In this document: in pieces, positions 8,120 through 18,068 of the stretch
Layout: each line of letters starts with the position of its first letter
How positions within the stretch are numbered: position 1 is the stretch's first letter
Source of the DNA: an uncultured Clostridia bacterium
Lineage (GTDB): Bacteria; Bacillota; Clostridia; TANB77; CAG-508
Direction: 5' to 3'
Length of the DNA stretch: 37,727 bases
Assembly: GCA_944392085.1 (NCBI GenBank)
Contig: CALXVN010000003.1
Span: 1-37,727, forward strand
Position numbers and translations under genes: made by a program
The notes under the pieces: generated by a model
What the model saw: the letters and a program-made list of their open reading frames with translations, nothing else
What the model was told of the DNA's origin: nothing
Database searches by the model: none

Positions 8120-10294
8120 ATGAAACAAAAAAATAATAGAAAGGAGAGCAAAAGAAAAAATAAGGCAAGGTTTAATAAGGAAGAAATAATTAAATTAAAG
8201 AAAGAAAATAAGGATAAAGAAGAAAACATAGATAAACTTAAGAAAAAGATGGAGAAAAACCAAAATAAAAAATTTAAAAGCCAAATGAAAAAAGAAAAAA
8301 CAAAAGTAACCCAAAAATTTAGCGATATAAGTAGAAGAAGAAGGTTCAAAGTATGCATAGTAGTAACTTGCATTATATTTACAATATTTATATTTAGAAT
8401 TGCTTGGATACAATTTATAGATGGTGATAAATTAAAACAAATGGCTTATGAGCAGCAAAGTTTGGATAGAGCCATAAGTCCAAGAAGAGGAACAATTTAT
8501 GATGCAACAGGCAAGACTATTTTAGCAGTAAGCAGTACAGTAAATACTATAACTGTAAATCCTAATAATATTGCAAAAGAAGATAAAGAAAAAGTAGCAA
8601 AAGCACTTTCTAATATATTTGAACTTGATTATGAAACTGTACTAAAAAAGGTAAAGAAAAACACATCTATTGAAAATATAGCAAAAAGAGTAGAAAAGGA
8701 AAAAGCAGATGAATTAAGAATTTGGATGGCAGATAATGATATAGAAGTAGGAATAAATATTGATGAAGATACAAAAAGATATTATCCATATAATAGCTTA
8801 GCATCACAGGTAATAGGTTTTTGTGGTTCAGATAATCAAGGATTAGATGGAATAGAGGCAATTTATGAAGATGAGCTACAAGGTGAAAAAGGAAAAATAA
8901 CAAAAGTAACAGATGCAAATGGTGGAGAAATAGAAGGAGAAGGAGAAAACTATATATCTGCAATAGATGGAAATGATTTAGTATTAAGTATTGATGCAAC
9001 AATACAAGGTATTGCAGAAAAATACTTAAAAGAAGCTTGTATAGATAATAAGTGTACAGATGGTGGAAATATAATTATAATGAATCCAAAAACTGGAGAT
9101 ATTTTAGCAATGGCAGGATATCCAAATTATAATTTAAATACTCCTTATGATACAATAATAGAAGAATTAGAAACAAACTGGGATAATTTATCTGAAACAG
9201 ACCAAATAAAAGAAATGCAAAAAGTGTGGAGAAACAAAGCAGTAGCAGATACTTATGAACCAGGTTCAACTTTTAAATTAATTACGGCATCAGCAGCTTT
9301 AGAAGAAGGAATTACAACAACAGATAAAGAAGGAGAATTTTGCTGTACAGGTGGAATAACAATTGCAGGTGTTAGAATTAGCTGCTGGCGATATTATAAT
9401 CCTCATGGTTCAGAAAGCTTAAGGCAAGCACTTATGAACTCCTGTAATCCTGTGTTTATAGGGTTAGGTCAGCAAATAGGTGTAAGTAAATATTATGATT
9501 ATCTTGAAAAATTTGGACTTCTAAAAAGAACTGGAATAGATTTACCAGGGGAAGCAGGAAGTATATTCTTAAAAGAAGACAAAGTAGGACCAATAGAACT
9601 TGCTACAATATCATTTGGGCAAAGATTTGAAATAACACCAATTCAGATGATAACTGCTGTAAGTACAATAGCAAATAAAGGTACATATGTAAAACCACGT
9701 ATAGTAAAGCAAATAATAGATAGTACTACAGGAGAAGTAAGAGATATTCCAGTAGAAGAAACAGAAGGTGTGATTTCAAAAGAAACTGCAGAAGGAGTTC
9801 TAAGCATGATGGGAACGGTTGTAGCAGAAGGAACAGGAAAAAATGCGCAAGTACAAGGATATTCTATAGGAGGAAAAACAGGAACTTCGGAAGATGGTGT
9901 AGATACAGGAAAATACGTAACTTCATTTGTAGGAGTAGCACCAGTGTCAGATCCAGAAGCGGTTGTTTTAATTACATTATACAATCCAACAGGAGAGGGA
10001 GGACATCAAGGAGGTGGTGTGGCAGCACCAATTGGCTCACAAGTATTAGGAGAAGTTCTTCCATATTTAGAAGTAAAACAAGATAATATCACAGAAGAAG
10101 ATATAAGAAAAGAGGTAGAAGTTCCAAATTTGGTAGGCATGACAATAAAAGATGCTAAAAAGGTATTAGAAGAATTAAATTTAGGTTTAGAATATGAAGA
10201 AGGAGAAGAAGATGTTTCAAATAAGATAATAACAAAGCAAACACCAGTAGATGGAGTTGAAATTTATGAAGGAACAAATGTAATAGTGGAATAA
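8120..10294 (+). CDS. Class B penicillin-binding protein (SpoVD/FtsI family) with C-terminal PASTA domain
   Basis: PRRGTIYD, KRYYPY, GLDGIE, EPGSTFK (SxxK), SCN (SxN), GKTGT (KTG), VPNLVGMT PASTA; position in the dcw cluster. Confidence 0.92.
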   Translation: MKQKNNRKESKRKNKARFNKEEIIKLKKENKDKEENIDKLKKKMEKNQNKKFKSQMKKEKTKVTQKFSDISRRRRFKVCIVVTCIIFTIFIFRIAWIQFIDGDKLKQMAYEQQSLDRAISPRRGTIYDATGKTILAVSSTVNTITVNPNNIAKEDKEKVAKALSNIFELDYETVLKKVKKNTSIENIAKRVEKEKADELRIWMADNDIEVGINIDEDTKRYYPYNSLASQVIGFCGSDNQGLDGIEAIYEDELQGEKGKITKVTDANGGEIEGEGENYISAIDGNDLVLSIDATIQGIAEKYLKEACIDNKCTDGGNIIIMNPKTGDILAMAGYPNYNLNTPYDTIIEELETNWDNLSETDQIKEMQKVWRNKAVADTYEPGSTFKLITASAALEEGITTTDKEGEFCCTGGITIAGVRISCWRYYNPHGSESLRQALMNSCNPVFIGLGQQIGVSKYYDYLEKFGLLKRTGIDLPGEAGSIFLKEDKVGPIELATISFGQRFEITPIQMITAVSTIANKGTYVKPRIVKQIIDSTTGEVRDIPVEETEGVISKETAEGVLSMMGTVVAEGTGKNAQVQGYSIGGKTGTSEDGVDTGKYVTSFVGVAPVSDPEAVVLITLYNPTGEGGHQGGGVAAPIGSQVLGEVLPYLEVKQDNITEEDIRKEVEVPNLVGMTIKDAKKVLEELNLGLEYEEGEEDVSNKIITKQTPVDGVEIYEGTNVIVE

Positions 10295-10388
10295 AAAAAC
10301 AAGAAAAAAATGTCAAACTATGTACAAAAGAAGAATTTAGTTATATAATGTAAACGGCAAATTTTAAAATAATAGGAAAGGGGCTTAC

Positions 10389-11882
10389 TTGCCTATGGAA
10401 TTAAAAAAAATATTATCAGGATTAGAAGACCTAAAAGTTAAAGGAAATTTAGATGTTAGTATCGAAAATATTAGAAATAATTCTAAAGATGTAATGGAAA
10501 ATGATATGTTTATAGCAATTAAAGGATATGACTTTAATGGACATGAGCATATTAAAGAAGCAATAGAAAAAGGGGCTAAGGTAATATTAGCTGAGGAAGA
10601 TGAAGTAACTAAAGAACTAGTAAAACAAATTCCAGAAGAGGTTACACTAGTTACTAGTAAAAACACAAGATATGCTTTAGCAATAGCTGCTTGTAATTTT
10701 TATAATAATCCTTCAAAGAAAATGAAATTAATAGGAGTAACAGGAACTAAAGGAAAAACTACAACTACATATATGATAAGAGATATTTTAAAAAAGCATG
10801 GTGTTAAAGTAGGTCTAATTGGTACTGTAGCATCTTATGTGAATGATGAAAAAATAGCAGATAATACAAACACAACTCCAGAAAGCTTAGAATTACAAAA
10901 AATTTTCAGTAAGATGCTAGAAGAAAAATGCGAAGTAGTTGTAATGGAAGTATCATCACAAAGCTTAAAATTAGATAGAGTTACAGGTTGTGATTTTGAT
11001 ATAGGAATATTTACTAATTTAGCAGAAGATCATATAAGTACAAAAGAACATCCTGATTTAGATGATTATTTCAATTCAAAAGTAAAGCTATTTAAAATGT
11101 GTAAAAAAGGTTATATAAATGCAGATGATTATCATGCAGTATTAATACCAAAACTTGTACCAGAATGCAATATATCAACTTATGGAATAGATAATACTTG
11201 TAATTTGCTTGCAAAAGATATAACTGTTACAAACCAATATGTTGATTTTAAAGTTAAATTAAATAATAAAAATGAGAGAATTAAAGTATCAATTCCAGGA
11301 AGGTTTAGTGTATATAATGCATTAGCTGCAATAGCAATTGCTATGGATTTTGGATGTACAGTAGATGAAATAAAAGAAGTGCTAGAAAATATTAGAGTAC
11401 CTGGTAGAAGTGAGTTAGTAGATAATAAATTAGGTTTAACTATAATGATAGATTATGCTCATACCCCAGAAAGCTTAGAAAAAATATTATCTTCAGTTAA
11501 AATTTATACAAAAGGAAGAGTAATATCAGTTTTTGGATGTGGCGGAGATAGAGATAAAAATAAAAGACCAATGATGGGCGAAGTATCTGGAAGAGTAGCA
11601 GATTATACAATAATAACTTCAGATAATCCAAGAACAGAAGTTCCGGAAGAAATTGTAAAACAAATAGAAGAAGGCATAAAAACTACTAATGGAAAATATG
11701 AATGTATAGTAGATAGAAAAGAAGCTATGAAAAAAGCAATAAAAATGGCAAATAAGAGAGATATAATAGTTCTTGCAGGAAAAGGGCATGAACAATATCA
11801 AGAAATTAATAAAGTAAGATATCCATTTGATGAAAGAGAAATAATAAATCAAATAATAGAAGAAATGACGGAAAATAAATAG
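10389..11882 (+). CDS. murE: UDP-N-acetylmuramoyl-L-alanyl-D-glutamate--2,6-diaminopimelate ligase
   Basis: GVTGTKGKTTT, TTPES, MEVSSQ, IDYAHTP, FGCGGDRD, DNPR (meso-DAP type), LAGKGHE. Start is TTG 10389 or ATG 10395. Confidence 0.95.
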   Translation: MPMELKKILSGLEDLKVKGNLDVSIENIRNNSKDVMENDMFIAIKGYDFNGHEHIKEAIEKGAKVILAEEDEVTKELVKQIPEEVTLVTSKNTRYALAIAACNFYNNPSKKMKLIGVTGTKGKTTTTYMIRDILKKHGVKVGLIGTVASYVNDEKIADNTNTTPESLELQKIFSKMLEEKCEVVVMEVSSQSLKLDRVTGCDFDIGIFTNLAEDHISTKEHPDLDDYFNSKVKLFKMCKKGYINADDYHAVLIPKLVPECNISTYGIDNTCNLLAKDITVTNQYVDFKVKLNNKNERIKVSIPGRFSVYNALAAIAIAMDFGCTVDEIKEVLENIRVPGRSELVDNKLGLTIMIDYAHTPESLEKILSSVKIYTKGRVISVFGCGGDRDKNKRPMMGEVSGRVADYTIITSDNPRTEVPEEIVKQIEEGIKTTNGKYECIVDRKEAMKKAIKMANKRDIIVLAGKGHEQYQEINKVRYPFDEREIINQIIEEMTENK

Positions 11883-11909
11883 ACACAGAATGACAAAGGA
11901 GGAAATTAT

Positions 11910-12887
11910 ATGCAATATCAAAATAAAATATTATTACTGTCTTTTGTTGCCAGTGTAATATTATCATTGATAATTGTACCAATTTTAAGAAAATTAAAAG
12001 TAGGGCAAATAGAAAGAAAAGAAGGACCACAGTCACATTTAAAAAAGCAAGGAACACCTACAATGGGTGGAATAATAATGATATTAGTTATAATTGCATT
12101 AGGTATTTTTATGTATTATGATTACCAAAAGGATCAAGCAAGCACAGCTATAGCACTATTACCACTATTAGGTGTAACAGTAGGGTTTGGATTTATAGGC
12201 TTTATAGATGATTTCAAAAAATTAGTATTAAAAAATACTAAAGGACTAAGCCCAAAAGCAAAAATGATAGGATTATTAATTGTTTCAGTTGCGTATTCTA
12301 TTATATTGACAAAAGTGCTTAATATAGGAACAGATACATATATACCATTTATAAAAGAATATATGAAATTACCTATTTGGATTTATATACCATTTGCAGT
12401 ATTTGTTATGCTTGCAACGACAAATGCAATTAATTTAACAGATGGAATTGATGGCTTATCAACAAGTGTTACCACAATAATATTAACTTGTTTAACTGTA
12501 ATATCAATACTTTTAGGAATAAAAGAAGTAACAATATTTGGTAGCATTTTAATAGGAGCATGTTTAGGATTTTTATTATTCAATTTACATCCAGCAAAAG
12601 TTATGATGGGAGATACTGGTTCATTAATGCTAGGTGGTGCGATAGCAAGTATAGCGTTATATATGAAAATGCCTTTATTATTAATAATTTTAGCGATTAT
12701 TCCAATAATAGAAACACTTTCTGTAATGCTCCAAGTTGCATATTTTAAGAAAACTGGAAATAGAATATTTAAAATGGCTCCAATACATCATCATTTTGAA
12801 TTATCAGGCTGGAAAGAAAATAAAATAGTATCTGTATTTAGTATAGTAACATTAATATTTTGTATAATAGGGTTAGTTTCTATTTAA
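11910..12887 (+). CDS. mraY: Phospho-N-acetylmuramoyl-pentapeptide transferase
   Basis: KQGTPTMGG, GFIDD, NAINLTDGIDGL, MGDTGS, MAPIHHHFEL. Confidence 0.97.
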   Translation: MQYQNKILLLSFVASVILSLIIVPILRKLKVGQIERKEGPQSHLKKQGTPTMGGIIMILVIIALGIFMYYDYQKDQASTAIALLPLLGVTVGFGFIGFIDDFKKLVLKNTKGLSPKAKMIGLLIVSVAYSIILTKVLNIGTDTYIPFIKEYMKLPIWIYIPFAVFVMLATTNAINLTDGIDGLSTSVTTIILTCLTVISILLGIKEVTIFGSILIGACLGFLLFNLHPAKVMMGDTGSLMLGGAIASIALYMKMPLLLIILAIIPIIETLSVMLQVAYFKKTGNRIFKMAPIHHHFELSGWKENKIVSVFSIVTLIFCIIGLVSI

Positions 12888-12936
12888 TAAACGAAAAGAT
12901 TAAGATTTTGCACTTTTGAAAGGATGGATTTATAGA

Positions 12937-14100
12937 ATGCAAAATAATAAGAAAAGCATAAATAAAGTTAAGAAAAAGCAAGTCGATTTTGTATTGATAA
13001 TAATTATTTTAATACTTCTATCTTTTGGAATAATAATGGTATTATCAGCTAGTGCACCATCAGCTTTGGCTGAAACAGGAAATAGTTATACATATTTTAC
13101 AAAACAAGTAATTTTTGCAGTAATAGGTTTAGCAATTATGTGGTTTGTTTCTAAGATAGATTATAGAATATATAAAAAGTTTTATTGGCCGATATATTGG
13201 CTATCAGTAGGAGCTTTGCTACTCGTTTTGATTCCGGGACTTGGATATTCAAGTGGTGGAGCAAAAAGATGGATAAACTTAGGTTTTACTCAATTTCAAC
13301 CATCTGAATTAACAAAAATAGGAATGATTATATTTTATGCAGGATATTTAACAGACCATAAAGATGACTTAAGAAGCTTAAAAAAAGGATTTATATTTCC
13401 TCTATTATACATACTTCCACCAATAGCAATAGCATTTGTTATACAAAATCATTTAAGTGTTGGAATTGTAATGAGTGCAATAACATTTGTAATGATGCTA
13501 ATGGCAGGTTGTAGATTACTTTATTTTATAGTATCAGGCTTGATTTTCGGCGGTGGTGGAATTGTAGCACTACTTACATATTTTTCTATTGCTGGAGATA
13601 GTGCAGGAGATGCAAACTTTAGATTTGCTAGAATACTAAACTATATGGACCCATGGCAAGACCCAACAGGTAAAGGTTGGCAACCAATTCAAGGATTGTA
13701 TGCAATTGGTTCAGGAGGACTATTTGGAGTAGGTTTAGGAGAAAGTAAACAAAAATATCTATATGTATCAGAACCACAAAATGATTATATATTTGCAATA
13801 CTTGCCGAAGAATTAGGTTTTGTTGGTTGTGTAGCAGTAATAATATTATTTGCTATATTTATATGGAGAGGAATTATAATTGCTATGAAAGCGCCTGATA
13901 TGTTTGGAAGTTTACTTGCAACAGGAATTACAACACTTGTAATGGTTCAAGTGGCTATTAACATAGGAGTTGTAACAAACACAATTCCAAATACAGGTAT
14001 GTCATTGCCATTCTTTAGCGCAGGAGGTACAGCACTTATAATATTATTGGGAATGTGTGGAATATTGCTTAATATATCTAAGGCAAAGTCAAAAGTGTAA
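12937..14100 (+). CDS. ftsW: SEDS family protein FtsW/SpoVE
   Basis: MVLSAS, GAKRWI, FQPSEL, AIGSGGLFGVGLG, DYIFAILAEELG, PNTGMSLPFFSAGG. Confidence 0.9.
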   Translation: MQNNKKSINKVKKKQVDFVLIIIILILLSFGIIMVLSASAPSALAETGNSYTYFTKQVIFAVIGLAIMWFVSKIDYRIYKKFYWPIYWLSVGALLLVLIPGLGYSSGGAKRWINLGFTQFQPSELTKIGMIIFYAGYLTDHKDDLRSLKKGFIFPLLYILPPIAIAFVIQNHLSVGIVMSAITFVMMLMAGCRLLYFIVSGLIFGGGGIVALLTYFSIAGDSAGDANFRFARILNYMDPWQDPTGKGWQPIQGLYAIGSGGLFGVGLGESKQKYLYVSEPQNDYIFAILAEELGFVGCVAVIILFAIFIWRGIIIAMKAPDMFGSLLATGITTLVMVQVAINIGVVTNTIPNTGMSLPFFSAGGTALIILLGMCGILLNISKAKSKV

Positions 14101-14129
14101 TAAATATATGTTAAAGAAGGTGATTAAGG

Positions 14130-15251
14130 TTGAAGGCTATAATTGCAGCAGCTGGAACTGGTGGGCATATTAATCCAGGAATAGCAATAGCAAATAAAAT
14201 TAAAGAAAAAGAAAAGAATTCTGAAATTATATTTATAGGAACTGATAGGGGATTAGAAAATGATTTAGTGCCAAGAGCAGGCTATGAATTAAAAAGAATA
14301 GATGCGCATGGAATAGAAAGAAAACTAAATATTCAAAACTTTAAAAATTTGTATGCAACTTTTAAATCAATAGGTGAAGCTAAAGAAATATTAACAAGAT
14401 TTAAGCCAGATGTAGTAATTGGTATGGGGGGATATATTTGTGTGCCAGTAGTAATAGCAGCAAAAAAATTAAACATACCAGTAGTATTACATGAAAGTAA
14501 TGCTTTTCCAGGAATTGCTGTAAGATTATTTAAAAATAAAGCAGATAAGATATTAGTTGGATTTGAAGATGCTAAAAAGAGATTAGAAAATAAAGAAAAT
14601 GTAGTTGTTACAGGAAATCCAATAAGAATAAAAAAATTAGAATTAAGCAAAGAGGAAAAAATAAAAATAATAGAAAGTGTTGGATTAAAGAGTGATAAAC
14701 CAGTAGTTCTAGCTTTTGGAGGAAGTCAAGGAGCACAAAGTATAAATAGAAGTCTTTTAGAAATAATAGTTAATAAGAAAAATAAAGATTATCAAATTAT
14801 ATGGGCAGCAGGACCAAATCAATATGAAGATATAAAAATTAAATTAAAAGAAGTAAATATGGATATAGACAACCTTGAAAAAGTTAAAATTCTACCATAT
14901 ATATATAATATGGAAGAAATGATGAATGCTTGCGATTTGGTTGTTTCAAGAAGTGGAGCTATGACTATAACAGAAATTTCAGTTGTAGGCAAGCCAGCGA
15001 TATTTATACCATTTCCGTTTGCTACTGAAAATCATCAAGAATATAATGCTAAAGTATTAGAAAATGTCGGAGCAGCAAAAATAATTTTAAATAAAGATTT
15101 AAATTCTGAATCTTTAGGAAAAACGATAAGCAAACTTATAAGCAATAAAAAAGAATTAGAACAAATGGGAAAAAATACTTCTAAAGTCGTTAGAAAAAAT
15201 GTAGAAGACACAATATATAAAGAGATAAAAGAAACTATTAAAGATAAATAG
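14130..15251 (+). CDS. murG: Undecaprenyl-PP-MurNAc-pentapeptide GlcNAc transferase
   Basis: GTGGHINPG, GMGGY, HESN, TGNP, GGSQGA, SRSGA, HQEYNA. Confidence 0.97.
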   Translation: MKAIIAAAGTGGHINPGIAIANKIKEKEKNSEIIFIGTDRGLENDLVPRAGYELKRIDAHGIERKLNIQNFKNLYATFKSIGEAKEILTRFKPDVVIGMGGYICVPVVIAAKKLNIPVVLHESNAFPGIAVRLFKNKADKILVGFEDAKKRLENKENVVVTGNPIRIKKLELSKEEKIKIIESVGLKSDKPVVLAFGGSQGAQSINRSLLEIIVNKKNKDYQIIWAAGPNQYEDIKIKLKEVNMDIDNLEKVKILPYIYNMEEMMNACDLVVSRSGAMTITEISVVGKPAIFIPFPFATENHQEYNAKVLENVGAAKIILNKDLNSESLGKTISKLISNKKELEQMGKNTSKVVRKNVEDTIYKEIKETIKDK

Positions 15252-15347
15252 TTAGTTATAAATTTGGTTTATACAATTTATAGCAGATTTAATTATGTTT
15301 TATTGTGAGGTGCAAATATAGTCTGTTATTGTCATAAATATAGTAAA

Positions 15348-15364
15348 TGTCGAAAAATGTCGAA
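15348..15364 (+). promoter_or_regulatory. Two tandem Spo0A boxes
   Basis: TGTCGAA at 15348-15354 and 15358-15364 (consensus TGNCGAA), upstream of a TTGCTA-17 nt-TATATT promoter at 15384-15412. Confidence 0.65.
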
Positions 15365-15447
15365 TAGAGGTACACGAAAGTTCTTGCTATTCATATGAAT
15401 TTGTATTATATTAAGAAAGTACGAATTTTTGAAAGGGGGAACAAAAG

Positions 15448-15762
15448 ATGGAGTATAAAAAGAGCTTTTTTGGCAGAGCTATAATAGATAGTTCAGATTC
15501 AGAAGAAATAAAAGAAAATGAAAAAATAGAATTAGAGTACTACGAAACACACAATTTATTAGAAGAAAACGAAAGAAAGTATGGAATAGAAATTGTAAAA
15601 AAAGATGAAAATAAAGAAAAGTTTAATATTGAATCAAAAATAATTAATAATATATCAAGTAAAGAAAATGAAATAAATAAATTATTAAAGATTTTGATGC
15701 TAAACAAAGTAACACCAATATCAGTAGACGATGTAATCTCAGACATGTCAGTTTTGGAATAA
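15448..15762 (+). CDS. Small acidic clostridial protein, DUF6514-like
   Basis: GAAAGGGG RBS; LEYY...YGIEIVK...LLKILMLNKVTPISVDDVI pattern. Confidence 0.65.
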   Translation: MEYKKSFFGRAIIDSSDSEEIKENEKIELEYYETHNLLEENERKYGIEIVKKDENKEKFNIESKIINNISSKENEINKLLKILMLNKVTPISVDDVISDMSVLE

Positions 15763-15967
15763 ACCAAAACTGCTAGGTCTGAGATTATTATATATATTAA
15801 AGCATGAAAATTGTAACAACATATTATTAATTAATAATGAAAATTATGTGAATAGCTTGAAAAAAAAGTAAATATACTGTATTATAATAAATAGTCTATT
15901 TTTAAAGACAAGATATAAACTTAAGAAAGGAGAAGATAACAAATATATTTGTTATCACTAAATATAT

Positions 15968-17944
15968 ATGGCAGATAAATTAATAATTGTTGAATCTCCA
16001 GCCAAAGCTAATACGATAAAGAAATTTTTAGGTGGAAGTACTAAAGTTGTTGCTTCAATGGGACATATTAGAGATTTACCAAAATCTAAAATGGGCATAG
16101 ATATTGAACATGACTTTGAACCAGAATATATAAATATTAGAGGAAAAGGAGACTTAATAAAATCTTTAAAAGCAGATGCTAAAAAAGCAAAAAAAGTATA
16201 TCTTGCAACTGACCCTGATCGTGAGGGAGAAGCAATAGCATGGCATTTAGCACATATTTTAGATATTCCAGAAGATAGTGTATGCAGAGTTACTTTTAAT
16301 GAAATTACAAAAGAAACTGTACAAACTTCTATCAAGAATCCAAGAAAGATAGATATGAATTTAACTGATGCACAACAAGCAAGACGCGTATTAGATAGAA
16401 TTGTAGGTTACAAAATGAGTCCTGTTTTATGGAAAAAAGTAAGAAGAGGATTATCTGCAGGTAGAGTACAATCTGTTGCAGTAAAGTTAATAGTAGATAG
16501 AGAAGAAGAAATAGAAAAATTTATTCCAGAAGAATATTGGAATATCTTTGCTAGTCTTTTAGACGAAAATACAAATAAAACATTTACAGCAAAACTATAT
16601 GGCAAAAATAAAAAGAAAATTGAAATGCATTCTAAAGAAGAAGTAGATGAAATATTAAAAAATATAAAAAATGGAAAATACATTGTAACAGAAGTAAAAA
16701 AAGGACAAAAGAAAAGAACTCCAGCACCACCATTTACAACAAGTACAATGCAACAAGAAGCATCAAGAAAATTAGGTTTTACATTAAAGAAAACAATGTC
16801 AGTAGCACAAGGGTTATATGAAGGTGTAAAGGTAGAAGAAAAAGGAACAGTTGGTTTAATTACATATATGAGAACAGATTCTACAAGAATATCAGAAGAG
16901 GCAAGAGCAGCTGCAAAGAAAGAAATAGTAAAGCAATATGGAGAAGAATACTATGAAAATAGATATTATAAAACAAAACAGAACTCTCAAGATGCACATG
17001 AAGGTATTCGTCCAACATACATAGAATTAAATCCAGAAAAAATAAAAGATAGTTTAACTAAAGATCAATATAAATTATATAAATTAATATATAACAGATT
17101 TTTAGCAAGCCAAATGCAAGCAGCAGTATATGACACAATTTCAGCAAATATTGATGTAAATGAATATAATTTTAGAGCAAGCGGGCAATCACTTAAATTT
17201 AAAGGATTTATGACATTGTATGTAGAAACATTGGATAATAAAACTGATGAAGATGAGGAAGCTTTTGTACCTGATTTACAACTAAATCAAGAAGTGAAAA
17301 AACAAAAAATAGAAACAAAACAAAGCTTCACAGAGCCACCACCAAGGTATACAGAAGCAAGTTTGGTAAAAGCATTAGAAGAAAAAGGAATAGGAAGACC
17401 TAGTACATATTCTCCAACAATTACAACAATATTAGAAAGAAGATATATAGAAAAAGAGCAAAAACAATTAGTTCCAACAGAACTTGGAAAAGTTGTAAAT
17501 AAACTTCTTACAGAAAATTTTTCAGATATTGTAAATGTAGAATTTACAGCCAAAATAGAAGATGAATTTGATGAAATAGCAGAAGGAAAAGAAAATTGGA
17601 AACAAGTTATAAGAGAATTCTATGGACCGTTTGAAAAAGAAGTAGAAAAAGTAGAAAAAGAATTAGAACACGTAAAATTAGAAGAAGAAGTATCAGATGT
17701 ACCATGTGATAAATGTGGAAGAATGATGGTTATAAAATATGGAAGATACGGAAAATTTTTAGCATGCCCAGGTTATCCAGAATGTAAAAATGCAAAACCA
17801 TTAGTAGAAACTATTGATGTACCATGCCCAAAATGCGGTGGAAAAATTGAGGTAAGAAAATCAAAGAAAAAAAGAAAGTTTTATATTTGTGAAAATAATC
17901 CAGAAAAATGTGATTATATTTCATGGAATAAACCAAAGAAATAG
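15968..17944 (+). CDS. topA: DNA topoisomerase I (type IA)
   Basis: LIIVESPAKA, LATDPDREGEAIAWH, SAGRVQS, GLITYMRTDS (catalytic Tyr), GIGRPSTY, C-terminal Zn ribbons. Confidence 0.98.
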   Translation: MADKLIIVESPAKANTIKKFLGGSTKVVASMGHIRDLPKSKMGIDIEHDFEPEYINIRGKGDLIKSLKADAKKAKKVYLATDPDREGEAIAWHLAHILDIPEDSVCRVTFNEITKETVQTSIKNPRKIDMNLTDAQQARRVLDRIVGYKMSPVLWKKVRRGLSAGRVQSVAVKLIVDREEEIEKFIPEEYWNIFASLLDENTNKTFTAKLYGKNKKKIEMHSKEEVDEILKNIKNGKYIVTEVKKGQKKRTPAPPFTTSTMQQEASRKLGFTLKKTMSVAQGLYEGVKVEEKGTVGLITYMRTDSTRISEEARAAAKKEIVKQYGEEYYENRYYKTKQNSQDAHEGIRPTYIELNPEKIKDSLTKDQYKLYKLIYNRFLASQMQAAVYDTISANIDVNEYNFRASGQSLKFKGFMTLYVETLDNKTDEDEEAFVPDLQLNQEVKKQKIETKQSFTEPPPRYTEASLVKALEEKGIGRPSTYSPTITTILERRYIEKEQKQLVPTELGKVVNKLLTENFSDIVNVEFTAKIEDEFDEIAEGKENWKQVIREFYGPFEKEVEKVEKELEHVKLEEEVSDVPCDKCGRMMVIKYGRYGKFLACPGYPECKNAKPLVETIDVPCPKCGGKIEVRKSKKKRKFYICENNPEKCDYISWNKPKK

Positions 17945-17957
17945 TTAACGTATAATT

Positions 17958-17995
17958 AAAGAAAAGACTAGAACTGAAATTCTAGCCTTTTCTTT
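17958..17995 (+). terminator. Intrinsic terminator after topA
   Basis: aaagaaaagactagaa...ttctagccttttcttt hairpin. Confidence 0.7.
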
Positions 17996-18003
17996 ATATT
18001 AGT

Positions 18004-18032
18004 TTGATAATCATAAAAAGATATGATATAAT
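18004..18032 (+). promoter_or_regulatory. Putative sigma-A promoter of the SNF2 gene
   Basis: TTGATA-17 nt-TATAAT with extended TG. Confidence 0.7.
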
Positions 18033-18068
18033 AACTTACTAGGAAAAAACAAAGAGAGGTCATAAAAA

